DNA of 64,000 nucleotides. Origin: Candidatus Zixiibacteriota bacterium (GTDB lineage: Bacteria; Zixibacteria; MSB-5A5; GN15; JAAZOE01). Each line of letters begins with the position of its first letter. The stretch's first letter is position 1. The notes below the pieces were generated by a model. That model worked only from the letters and a program-made list of their open reading frames with translations, had not been told where the DNA came from and made no database searches. Below, one piece after another: positions 1-9,211 of the stretch. The stretch lies in assembly GCA_043819555.1 (NCBI GenBank), contig JBDREQ010000003.1:96001-160000 (forward strand). The letters are read 5' to 3'. The position numbers and the translations under genes are program-made.

Positions 1-2
1 AA

Positions 3-881
3 TTGCTTTTTGAAAAACGAAAGACTGTTGCCCGACGCATCTTTGACAGAATCAACTTTATAAAGATGAGGCAGGTATAGATTCATTCCTCGAGGATCCG
101 TATCGGACGCGAATACAATGCGGCAGGATGCCTCCAATCGTCCCGATTCCTTGAGAGTAATATCAATTACGGTAGTATCAACATTTATCGGTTTGGATAT
201 TAAAAACTCGTCCAATCCATAACCGGCAACCATATACGGCCGGTTGTCCAGTTCATCATAGACATACAACCGCAGCTGCTCATCGATGTCGGGAGACAGG
301 CGGGTAACCAGAAGTTTATCATTATCAAGCGCGGCATCGATCCAGATCGGTGGAGGATTTGCTTCTGCTTCAGACCAGACGCCCAGTTCGCATCCCAACT
401 CATTTCCGAAATACCTGTCAGCCGCCTTCTGTTGATAAGTCAATTTATGATAATCGCGGCCATTGATTTTATCTTTTGACCATTGAGTCGAATCCACTTC
501 AAATAATTGCGGGATATTTTTGCCGCATATATAGGCCGTTGTGAATTCAATATTCGCCGTGCGGCCAAAACGCATGTACCAGAGATTATCCAGTGATATT
601 GAATCGAGAATAACAACTCGACCCCGACCGATAAAACAAAAATCATAATGCGGATCGTTATTTTTCCTGTGATGCAGCTCGCCTTCTTCAAATATATAGC
701 GCACCTTATCGGAATAATCGATGACAATATTGTTTATTGGAACGCTCTCGGTTTTCTGACCGAACCGTCCATTGATTTCCGGGAATTTTGAATATTCGTC
801 GGCATGGGCAATCGAAGCAGTAAATAAAATCAATGCTGACAGAAATGGGCATATATGACTTAAGAAAGATATACTATTCAA
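3..881 (-). CDS. Secreted hypothetical protein, N-terminal part (runs off window edge); possibly an M1-peptidase-like protein
   Basis: Not in the ORF track. Read by hand: open frame from TTG at 881 (GAGG upstream) to the window edge, with a signal-like N-terminus (LSALILFTASIAHA-DEY). Confidence 0.6.
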   Translation of the reverse strand, partial: MNSISFLSHICPFLSALILFTASIAHADEYSKFPEINGRFGQKTESVPINNIVIDYSDKVRYIFEEGELHHRKNNDPHYDFCFIGRGRVVILDSISLDNLWYMRFGRTANIEFTTAYICGKNIPQLFEVDSTQWSKDKINGRDYHKLTYQQKAADRYFGNELGCELGVWSEAEANPPPIWIDAALDNDKLLVTRLSPDIDEQLRLYVYDELDNRPYMVAGYGLDEFLISKPINVDTTVIDITLKESGRLEASCRIVFASDTDPRGMNLYLPHLYKVDSVKDASGNSLSFFKKQ

Positions 882-899
882 ATGGCTGGCCTCAAGTTA

Positions 900-1526
900 C
901 TATTTAATGGCATCAATCACGAATGAAACACCAATATAAAGCAAAAACAAGGCGCATATGCTTATTAAAATATAGTATGGTTTTCCGGCCAGAAGTTTTT
1001 TCCCGGCGGCGATTAAAAACGAGACAAAACTATACCAAACCAGATCCGATAATATATGCCCAAAATAAAAGACGATGGGACCGGCGATTCCGTGTGAAAG
1101 AGATTTGCTCATCAAAGCCGACCCGACTGTCGCCCACCAGACAAACCAATAGGGATTTGACAGCGACGCGGTAATGCCCTTGCCGACCAGAAGCCCTGAA
1201 CTTGAACCGGGTTTATTTGCGTCAAACGAAATTTTCTTTCGGATGATATCGTACATCATCATCCCGCCCATTAATATCAGCGCTATTCCACCCAGAAGTC
1301 CTATGATTTTGAAGGCCGTTGCTGATGAGAATAACTCGAGAAGTCCAAATGCGAGAGCAAACACTACTGCCAACTCGGCGATAGCGTGGCCAATAATCAG
1401 AATCGGACCCGACCAGAATCCTTTGCGAGTCGCTTCGGCAATATTAACGGTCAGAAGTGGCCCCGGCATTAACGCCCCGGAAAACCCAATCCCAAATGAC
1501 ATAAAAAACAACGCGATTAAACTCAT
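900..1526 (-). CDS. LysE family translocator
   Basis: N-terminal GFSGALMPGP, SLSNPYWFVWW motif, about 6 TM helices. Confidence 0.85.
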   Translation of the reverse strand: MSLIALFFMSFGIGFSGALMPGPLLTVNIAEATRKGFWSGPILIIGHAIAELAVVFALAFGLLELFSSATAFKIIGLLGGIALILMGGMMMYDIIRKKISFDANKPGSSSGLLVGKGITASLSNPYWFVWWATVGSALMSKSLSHGIAGPIVFYFGHILSDLVWYSFVSFLIAAGKKLLAGKPYYILISICALFLLYIGVSFVIDAIK

Positions 1527-1600
1527 GGGAAGAATATACGAAAGAAATCAACGGGCAGTAAACAGGAAATGTCGGGGTGTGACCTGACGGTCTTTATAAT

Positions 1601-3139
1601 TTATTCGGAATAATAATCCAAAAGCTCATCCAAAAGGCCGTCGATGTTCTGGACTTTGGCCTCGCGAGTAACGCTCACGCCATCAGATTCGAGGACTTTG
1701 CTAGCCTTGGGGCCTATGGAAAAAACTTTGGCGTTTTGAATAATATCATCCGCTTCCTCTTTGGATAAATTATGATACAATCCCTTCATTGTCGAACCGG
1801 ATGTAAACAAAATCGCATCGGGAGGATATTCCAGTAACTTTTCCTTTAGCCCATCCGGCCAGGTGGGATAATAAGTTTCATAAGTCGTAAGTGGCAAAAC
1901 TTCCGCGCCCAATCCGGGAAAAGCCTTCTCAATTAACTCGTCGGCCAGATTCCCTCGAACTCGAACTACGGTGGTGTCATTCAAATCAATCGCCTTCGGC
2001 ATCTCATCGACTAATATATTTACCGTTGCTATCGAAGGCATAAAATCGATTGGCAGACGATATTCTTTTAATAAACCTGAAGTACCCTCTCCAATAGCGG
2101 CAATCTTAAATCCTGCCAGCGTTCGAATATCATCGAATTTCTCGGTAAACTTATCCATAAAATATCGCACGCCGTTTTCGCTGGTAAAAATCAGCCATTT
2201 ATCATCGTTTTGAATATATGAAAAATCCGCCCAGCCCTTTTCATCGTCAACCGCCCGCGTCGCGATTGTCGGATATGGCAGAGGTTCGGCGCCCAGTTCA
2301 CGCAATCGGCGATACAAATCCCCGGCCTGCACCGACGCTCGCGTCACCATAACCCGCAAACCAGGAAGAGGACGGCCAGTAAACCATTTCAGATATGGTT
2401 GGAGATCGACGACTCCGCCCAGAACAAACAATGCCGGAGGCTTAACATTTTCGTTTTTAACGATTCCGGGCAAATCTTTCAAAGTTGCCGTAAATACTCG
2501 CTGTGACGGAAAAGTCCCCCGTTCGATAATCGCCGCCGACATATCAGGATTCATGCCATTCTCAATCAATTGCTCAGTGATATTCGAAATCTCATTGACG
2601 CCCATATAAATCACGACCGTGCCGTTTTTGATTTTGGCAACCCAGTCCCAGGGAACGGTTGATTTCAATTTGTCACTGGATTTATGGCCGGTCAAAAACA
2701 AAACCGATGAAGCGCGCTCGCGGTCGGTGCAGGGAATACCGGCATAGGCCGGCCCGGCAATTCCCGAGGTGACGCCGGTAATGATTTCAAATTCAACGCC
2801 ATGCTCTTTGAGATACTTAGCTTCTTCGCCGCCCCGGCCAAATATCAAAGGATCGCTGCCTTTGAGTCTCGCTACCGATTTTCCCTCTCGAGCCAGCTTG
2901 AGCAGAAGCTCGTTAATTTTCTCCTGAGGAACCGGATGATCCCCTGCCTTTTTGCCGACATAATATTTCTCAGTCTCTTCGGGAATATTGATGATAAACT
3001 CGGGACAAACCAAATTGTCGTACAATACCGCGTCGCAACTACAAAGTAGTTCCTTGCCGCGGACGGTAATCAATCCGGGATCGCCGGGGCCCGCGCCAAT
3101 CAAATATACTTTTCCGGTTTTGCCCATAGGCATTATCAA
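1601..3139 (-). CDS. cobA: Uroporphyrinogen-III C-methyltransferase / uroporphyrinogen-III synthase fusion (CobA-HemD)
   Basis: VYLIGAGPGDPGLITVRG, RLKGSDPLIFGRGGEE; C-terminal HemD domain (VMVTRA, IFTSENGV, SIGP). Confidence 0.93.
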   Translation of the reverse strand: MIMPMGKTGKVYLIGAGPGDPGLITVRGKELLCSCDAVLYDNLVCPEFIINIPEETEKYYVGKKAGDHPVPQEKINELLLKLAREGKSVARLKGSDPLIFGRGGEEAKYLKEHGVEFEIITGVTSGIAGPAYAGIPCTDRERASSVLFLTGHKSSDKLKSTVPWDWVAKIKNGTVVIYMGVNEISNITEQLIENGMNPDMSAAIIERGTFPSQRVFTATLKDLPGIVKNENVKPPALFVLGGVVDLQPYLKWFTGRPLPGLRVMVTRASVQAGDLYRRLRELGAEPLPYPTIATRAVDDEKGWADFSYIQNDDKWLIFTSENGVRYFMDKFTEKFDDIRTLAGFKIAAIGEGTSGLLKEYRLPIDFMPSIATVNILVDEMPKAIDLNDTTVVRVRGNLADELIEKAFPGLGAEVLPLTTYETYYPTWPDGLKEKLLEYPPDAILFTSGSTMKGLYHNLSKEEADDIIQNAKVFSIGPKASKVLESDGVSVTREAKVQNIDGLLDELLDYYSE

Positions 3140-3855
3140 TCATCTCCGCCGAATTCCAGAGTCACCGGTCCAGCACCGGGATCCTCATGATTTTTATCTT
3201 CCGGTTCTTCGTCTTCGACCGGTTCCAAAAGCTTATCCAATTCGTTTTCGAGGTCGGCATCATTTTTATTTTTTATCAATGTCTTCCAGTCGGCGCTCAG
3301 AAATCTGTCAAGACTGGCAAACCGTTCTTTGGTATCATTACCCCACTTAACATGAACTTTTTTGCGGAAGTCCGCGGCCAATTGCATGATGCGCGACCAG
3401 TGATTGGGAAAGATATTTTCCATAATAAGGCGCAGATGCGCCGCCAGAAAAGGAGCCTTACCATCGGTTGATACCGCTACTGTCAGGGCATCGCGTTTGA
3501 CCATAGCCGGAAAAATAAAATCGCACAGAGGTGGATTATCAACGACATTCACCAGCGTTTTTCCCTCCCGGCAATCATCATATACACCCCGGTTAACCGC
3601 TTCGTCATCTGATGCCGCGACAACCATGCCGTAATTCGAAGCCTCCGGAGATTCATATGTTCTATTGTGAAGCTTCAGCTTCCCTTTGGATGCGTAATAT
3701 CCAATTTTATCGAGCGGCTCTGGTGCAACAACTGTGATATCGGCTTCAAAATCCATGAGAAGCTCAATCTTCCTCAAAGCCACTTTGCCCCCGCCGACAA
3801 CCAAAAACGGGCGCGATTTCAATGTTATATTTATCGGAAAATATTTATTAGCCAT
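3136..3855 (-). CDS. sirC: Precorrin-2 dehydrogenase / sirohydrochlorin ferrochelatase (CysG N-terminal-like)
   Basis: LVVGGGKVALRK, VNVVDNPPLCDFIFPA, AVSTDGKAP; ATG at 3855 chosen for its GGAG RBS. Confidence 0.9.
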   Translation of the reverse strand: MANKYFPINITLKSRPFLVVGGGKVALRKIELLMDFEADITVVAPEPLDKIGYYASKGKLKLHNRTYESPEASNYGMVVAASDDEAVNRGVYDDCREGKTLVNVVDNPPLCDFIFPAMVKRDALTVAVSTDGKAPFLAAHLRLIMENIFPNHWSRIMQLAADFRKKVHVKWGNDTKERFASLDRFLSADWKTLIKNKNDADLENELDKLLEPVEDEEPEDKNHEDPGAGPVTLEFGGDD

Positions 3856-3857
3856 TG

Positions 3858-5087
3858 TCAATTCTCCATTTTTTCCGCCCGTGCTTCAACGCGGGATTTT
3901 ACCTGAATCATTCGGTCCATCATTTGCCTTGAAATCCGGTCAAAGACCGCCTTTGTTTCATCCGGCATTGAATTCAAACCGCCCAATGTTTCCAGACGTA
4001 TTTTCTCAAACGCCTCAGCCAGTCCATTATAACCCGGCTCATGGCGAATGTGCTCGTACCAGTACATAAATTGTTCCAACCGATTTTTGATTAATTTTTC
4101 CGCGTCCGGGATAGCCCGCCTCCGATTCGCCTGCTGTCCTTTTAAGAAATCACGAACGGCATCCAGATCATATATTTCAAGACCATCATAATTTGCTTTA
4201 ACCTCGACATCACGCGGAACAGCCATATCGGCAATCACCATTTTCTTATCAGGATGATCATCGAAAACCGCTTTTAATATGCTGTCATCAATAACCGGCT
4301 TATCAGAACCGGTACAGGATATAACAACATCAGATTTTGTTATCAAGTCCGGCAGATGATTAAATCCAAACCCTTCCGCGTTATAATGTCTGGCAAATTC
4401 TTCCGCCTTATCCCGTGTGCGGTTGGCAAATAAAAAATTATTATAACGCAATCGATGCAATCCCGAAGCCGCCAATGAAATCATCCTGTTTATTCCAACG
4501 AAGAGGATCACCGGATTATCGAATGCCTGCAGTTTAATCCGGAGCAAATCAATCGTCGCGCTCGAAACCGAACAAGCGCCTTTGCCCAGTTCTGTTTCAG
4601 TCCGCACCTGTTTGCCAATCCGAAAGGTTTGGTGTATCAGCCGGTGCAGTACTTTGCCGGTCGATTTTACCGAGCAGGCCGATCGGTATGCGTCTTTTAT
4701 CTGTCCGAAAATTTGATTTTCTCCAATGACCATCGATTCAATTCCGGCGGCAACGCGAAAGATATGGTCAACCGCGTCTTTATCTTTTGATAAATAAAAT
4801 TTATCTTTTAGGCTGGTTATGTCTATATCCCTGAAATTGCGGTAAAAATCAGAAATTATTTTGAAAGCATCATCCTTATCGCCGGCGATAAAATAAAACT
4901 CAATTCGATTGCACGTTGAGACAATCATTGATTCTTTGATTTCCGGTAATTCAACAAAAACGGCATTAGCCGCCGCCAAATCTCCAATATTTATCTGCAG
5001 CGGTTCGCGCTCTTCAAGTGAAGACGTCGTATGATTGATGCCGCATAAATACAGCCGCCAGTTGCAGGGAATCATAGTTTGGCTCAT
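3858..5087 (-). CDS. hemA: Glutamyl-tRNA reductase
   Basis: GINH...STCNRIEFY, GIESMVIGENQIFGQIK, DMAVPRDVE; start moved to ATG 5087 (AGAGG RBS). Confidence 0.92.
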   Translation of the reverse strand: MSQTMIPCNWRLYLCGINHTTSSLEEREPLQINIGDLAAANAVFVELPEIKESMIVSTCNRIEFYFIAGDKDDAFKIISDFYRNFRDIDITSLKDKFYLSKDKDAVDHIFRVAAGIESMVIGENQIFGQIKDAYRSACSVKSTGKVLHRLIHQTFRIGKQVRTETELGKGACSVSSATIDLLRIKLQAFDNPVILFVGINRMISLAASGLHRLRYNNFLFANRTRDKAEEFARHYNAEGFGFNHLPDLITKSDVVISCTGSDKPVIDDSILKAVFDDHPDKKMVIADMAVPRDVEVKANYDGLEIYDLDAVRDFLKGQQANRRRAIPDAEKLIKNRLEQFMYWYEHIRHEPGYNGLAEAFEKIRLETLGGLNSMPDETKAVFDRISRQMMDRMIQVKSRVEARAEKMEN

Positions 5088-5094
5088 TTCCTCT

Positions 5095-6789
5095 TTATAA
5101 TACCGCCGCCTCGTATCCGCCGCTGATAATATCGACCGATTCAAAACCGGCCTGTTTCAATATCACCGCCGTCTGATATGAGCGAGGTCCGCGCTTGCAG
5201 ACTATAACTATTTTACGATTTTTGTCAAGCTCATCGATCCGGTTTCGCAGTTCATCGAGAGGAATATTCAAATAATTATCTTTTCCGCAAATATCCCACG
5301 GTTCGGATTCAATCTCAGCAGGCTCCCGGACATCAAGCCAGATACAATGTTCCTTTGATTTTTCTGAAAGATCGACCGGAGATATGAATGCAATCCCTCG
5401 GATTTTTGCCAATGCCATCGCCGCCAAATGATGGAGAGGATCCAATGCCTCAGAATAAGGCGGGGCATACCCATGCTCAAAATCCAGTACCGATTCCAGA
5501 GTAGCATTGTGCTGCAATAGAGCCGACATGCTGTCCACCCGTCGGCAAATATCTCCACAACCGGCCGCCTGCAGGCCGAGAACTCTATGAGAATCCGGCT
5601 CAAAAACCATCATCGCCTTGAATGTTTTTCCTTCGGGATAATAATCCGGCTTATCCGGGAATGTCCCCAGAACAAAATCAGCCTTCAACCCACAATTCTC
5701 GGCGACTTGCTTCGTTATACCGCATGATCCGACATTGCAGTCAAACAGCTTAATCAAAAACGTTCCCAGTGAACCGGGATATGTCATTTGATTGCCGACA
5801 ATATTTTCCGCAATGACCCGCCCATGTCGATTGGCCAGCGAGCCCATTGGAATATAAAAGGGTTTTTTTGTAATTTGATTTATTGATTCGATACAATCTC
5901 CGCCGGCATAGATATTGGCATCCGAAGTCCGCAGGTTTTCATCAACTTTGATGCCACCCGTTTCACCGATTTCCAGACCGCATTCATTTGCAAGCAACAC
6001 ATTTGGTTTGACACCCAGGCACAAAAACAAATAATCGCACGAAATGGATTCTTGCCTGGCGATATAAACAACCGGGTTGCCATCATCATCCAGATCAACT
6101 TTTTCGACCGTCGTGCCGGTTAGAAGTTCAATATCCTGGCGAGCCAGTTCACGTTGAGTGATTACCGCCATCTCATAATCGAGAGCATCTGGTAAAATTT
6201 GATTTTCTTTTTCCATCAGAACCGTTTCGATGCCCCATAGTCCGCCGCAGGTCTCGGCCAATTCGCATCCGATAAATCCAGCGCCTATTATGATAGCTTT
6301 TCCTACCTGACCGGTTTGAGCCATCTTGCGAAAGGCGATTGCATCGAACGGTCGCGTAAACGATCTGATTTTTTCAGATGCTGCCACCGGAAATGGCGGA
6401 GGTTTCGTATTAGCTCCTGTCGCCAATACAAGATATTTATATTCGTGTTCAAACTCTTCACCTGAATCCAATAGCTTAACCAAAGCTGTTTTTTCATCTC
6501 TGTTTATTTTGATGACTTCGGCCCTGGTAATCGCTTCGAATCCTTTGGAATTTTTAAAAAACTCGGGCGAGCGAACGACACCGTAAGAAGTAGCTACCAA
6601 TTGCTTAAAATTATCGATATCCCCCGATGCGAAATAAGGGAGACCGCACGATCCATAAGACATTATTTCCTCTTTTTGATAAAGAGTGATGCTCAGGTTC
6701 TTATCTCTTCGTGCGAGAGTCGCCGCCGTCTTGGGTCCGGCGGCAACGCCGCCGACAATGACCACATCCGAATATTTATTTTTGCTCAT
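5095..6789 (-). CDS. FAD-dependent CoA-disulfide/persulfide reductase with C-terminal rhodanese domain (Npsr-like)
   Basis: GGVAAG, SYGSCGLPY redox Cys, GAGFIG, YAPPYS; rhodanese DVREPAE...VCKRGPRS. Confidence 0.88.
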   Translation of the reverse strand: MSKNKYSDVVIVGGVAAGPKTAATLARRDKNLSITLYQKEEIMSYGSCGLPYFASGDIDNFKQLVATSYGVVRSPEFFKNSKGFEAITRAEVIKINRDEKTALVKLLDSGEEFEHEYKYLVLATGANTKPPPFPVAASEKIRSFTRPFDAIAFRKMAQTGQVGKAIIIGAGFIGCELAETCGGLWGIETVLMEKENQILPDALDYEMAVITQRELARQDIELLTGTTVEKVDLDDDGNPVVYIARQESISCDYLFLCLGVKPNVLLANECGLEIGETGGIKVDENLRTSDANIYAGGDCIESINQITKKPFYIPMGSLANRHGRVIAENIVGNQMTYPGSLGTFLIKLFDCNVGSCGITKQVAENCGLKADFVLGTFPDKPDYYPEGKTFKAMMVFEPDSHRVLGLQAAGCGDICRRVDSMSALLQHNATLESVLDFEHGYAPPYSEALDPLHHLAAMALAKIRGIAFISPVDLSEKSKEHCIWLDVREPAEIESEPWDICGKDNYLNIPLDELRNRIDELDKNRKIVIVCKRGPRSYQTAVILKQAGFESVDIISGGYEAAVL

Positions 6790-6835
6790 ACACAAATCAG
6801 GGGTTGAATATGACAACCCCTCTCATGCTTAATAT

Positions 6836-6863
6836 AAAAACAGGCGGATGAACCGCCTGTTTT
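6836..6863 (-). terminator. Intrinsic terminator after dsrP
   Basis: AAAACAGGCGG-atgaa-CCGCCTGTTTT hairpin with T-tract on both strands. Confidence 0.75.
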
Positions 6864-6877
6864 CTTACTTTTTATTT

Positions 6878-8038
6878 TTAGGCTTCAGCCAAAGTTTCTT
6901 TTACCGACAAAGCGATTTTATATAAGGCAGTAACAATTAAAAATCCGATCGCGTACACGCCCAGGGTAATCATCACCTCCGGCAAAGTTGGAGTATATTC
7001 GGTTACGGTCCCCAAAGGATTCGGCACAAAGCCGGTGACGACCATTCCCATGCCTTTATCAATCCAGATCGAGAAGAAAATTGCCACACTGGCCACCGCC
7101 AATATGGTGTGGTTCTTTCTGAATTTTGGAACGAGAACGAGTATCAAAGCCAAAACCGCCAGGAATACCGAGAACCACATCCACGGAACGAGCGCATTAT
7201 TTTCGCCCAATCCCATAAACATATATTGGAAATGAGATGTATGTTCGGGGATATCGCTGTAGAATGCGGTAAACAATTCCATCAATATTAAAAAGACATT
7301 CAGGCTCATTGTATATGCAGCAATCACTCCCAGCTTATTTATCGCCTTATCTCCGGCGTCAAACTTGGTTAGTTTTCGCAATAACAGGCACACTATAATA
7401 AGCAATGCCGGGCCGGAGGCGAATGCCGATGCCAAAAATCGCGGCGCCAGCACTGCCGTCAACCAAAAAGGCCGAGCCGCCAAACCGGAATACAAAAACG
7501 CCGTAACCGTATGAATGCTGACCGCCCAGGGTATCGATAAATAAATAATCGGTTTGACCCATTTCGGCGGGGCGATTTGCTTTCTTTCCGCACCCAGAAC
7601 CGTCCAGCTTATAATGAGATTCAAAACAAGATACCCAGATAAGACAATCGTATCCCAGAACATCATCGAGCGGGGAGATGGATGCAAAAAAACATTGACA
7701 ATTCTGAACGGCTGACCCATATCGACGAAGATAAAGGTCATGCACATAATTACGCTCGATACGGCCAGAAACTCGCCCAATATTGTGATCTTGCTAAAGG
7801 CTTTGAAATCATGCAGGTAGTATGGCAAAACCACCATGACAGCCGATGCGGCGACGCCAACCAAAAAAGTAAACTGAGCGATATAAAATCCCCAGGTCAC
7901 ATCGCGGCTGAGACCAGTGACGCCCAGTCCTTCGCCGAACTGATGCAAATAAGCCAGTACGCCACCGCCAATAACAATCATTAAAAAGGCGACCCAGGAC
8001 CAATACCTTCTATCTCCATGTAATGCTTTTTCTAACAT
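6878..8038 (-). CDS. dsrP: DsrP, NrfD/PsrC-family membrane subunit of DsrMKJOP
   Basis: TGLSRDVTWGFYIAQFTFLVGVAASAVMVVLPYY, WAVSIHTVTAF; operon position. Confidence 0.95.
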   Translation of the reverse strand: MLEKALHGDRRYWSWVAFLMIVIGGGVLAYLHQFGEGLGVTGLSRDVTWGFYIAQFTFLVGVAASAVMVVLPYYLHDFKAFSKITILGEFLAVSSVIMCMTFIFVDMGQPFRIVNVFLHPSPRSMMFWDTIVLSGYLVLNLIISWTVLGAERKQIAPPKWVKPIIYLSIPWAVSIHTVTAFLYSGLAARPFWLTAVLAPRFLASAFASGPALLIIVCLLLRKLTKFDAGDKAINKLGVIAAYTMSLNVFLILMELFTAFYSDIPEHTSHFQYMFMGLGENNALVPWMWFSVFLAVLALILVLVPKFRKNHTILAVASVAIFFSIWIDKGMGMVVTGFVPNPLGTVTEYTPTLPEVMITLGVYAIGFLIVTALYKIALSVKETLAEA

Positions 8039-8045
8039 AATTCCC

Positions 8046-8828
8046 TCACACCAAATAATAGACTTCAGGTTGGGTTCCCAATTGCGCCTTGCGTCTTATC
8101 GAAAAACGTGAGCGCAACAATTCGCGAACCTTTGATTCCGGGTCTTCCAGATCACCAAAGACGATGGCATCGTTCTTAGCGGCTTCCACACAGGCCGGTA
8201 TTTTACCTTTGGACAACCGCTCTTCGCAGAAGGTGCATTTTTCAACGACGCCGCGGGTTCTCGTAGGAAACTCGTTATTTATTTTCTTGATATGAGGACG
8301 AGGATCACGCCAGTTAAAGCTCCTCGAACCATACGGACAGCCGACGATGCAGTAGCGGCATCCGATACAGCGGTGCCAGTCCATCATGACAATCCCATCC
8401 GATTCGCGCTTCCAGGTCGCCTTGGTTGGGCAAACTTTAGTGCATGGCGGATTGTCACAATGATTGCATAGTACCGGAAATTGGGCGTGATGAAATTTCT
8501 CATCGATATGCTCGTGATTCTGTTCATGAAATGCCTTATGAAAATCTTCCATCCAGATCCACTTGATTTCTTCTTTGGGATTTCCGAAATCAGGGACATT
8601 GTGAGCTTCATGACAGGCTCTGGCACAATCTTTTATATTATCATGGTCAAGACATTTCTGCATATCAATTACCATCGCCCACCGCGTGGCCGTCAATGGA
8701 TTCTCCTGAGGCAGAGAACTCTCAATAACTTGCTCGGTTTCCTGAGCTACGACCGTCAAAGGTTTGGCAGCAGCGCCAAGGGCGGCCAATCCGGCAAATT
8801 TCAAAAATTTCCTCCTGTCAACACTCAT
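8046..8828 (-). CDS. dsrO: DsrO periplasmic Fe-S subunit
   Basis: Tat signal DRRKFLK; CNHCDNPPC, CIGCRYCIVGCP, EKCTFC. Confidence 0.93.
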   Translation of the reverse strand: MSVDRRKFLKFAGLAALGAAAKPLTVVAQETEQVIESSLPQENPLTATRWAMVIDMQKCLDHDNIKDCARACHEAHNVPDFGNPKEEIKWIWMEDFHKAFHEQNHEHIDEKFHHAQFPVLCNHCDNPPCTKVCPTKATWKRESDGIVMMDWHRCIGCRYCIVGCPYGSRSFNWRDPRPHIKKINNEFPTRTRGVVEKCTFCEERLSKGKIPACVEAAKNDAIVFGDLEDPESKVRELLRSRFSIRRKAQLGTQPEVYYLV

Positions 8829-9211
8829 TGGCCCACCTCCTCCGGAACAGTGTGACAGTCCCAACAGTATGGATCTACTTTCAGATATGTATGACATTTC
8901 TCACAGAAATTCTTCTGGCTGGCATGGCAGTCGAGGCAGGTATGAGTCAGGCTCATATTGTACTTTTGTCCATCTTTAGCAGTATAAACTCGCTGTCCAT
9001 CGCGCACAACCGCTTCTCGCCATTGATTCAAAAGATCCATGTGAAACGATCTCATATATTCGGTATCCTCCACGCAGGCATTACCCTTAACCGGTTTTTC
9101 CAGTTCCGGAACATAATCGGCATCGCCTTCCGCGAAGTTGTACCACATCGGGAAGGTAATCAGAACTAAAAAGATAACCAGGCCGATGAATACTTTGCCG
9201 GAATCATACAT
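8825..9211 (-). CDS. dsrJ: DsrJ triheme cytochrome c
   Basis: Three CxxCH motifs (CLDCH, CEKCH, CWDCH), MRSFHMDLLNQWR, N-terminal TM anchor. Confidence 0.95.
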   Translation of the reverse strand: MYDSGKVFIGLVIFLVLITFPMWYNFAEGDADYVPELEKPVKGNACVEDTEYMRSFHMDLLNQWREAVVRDGQRVYTAKDGQKYNMSLTHTCLDCHASQKNFCEKCHTYLKVDPYCWDCHTVPEEVGQ

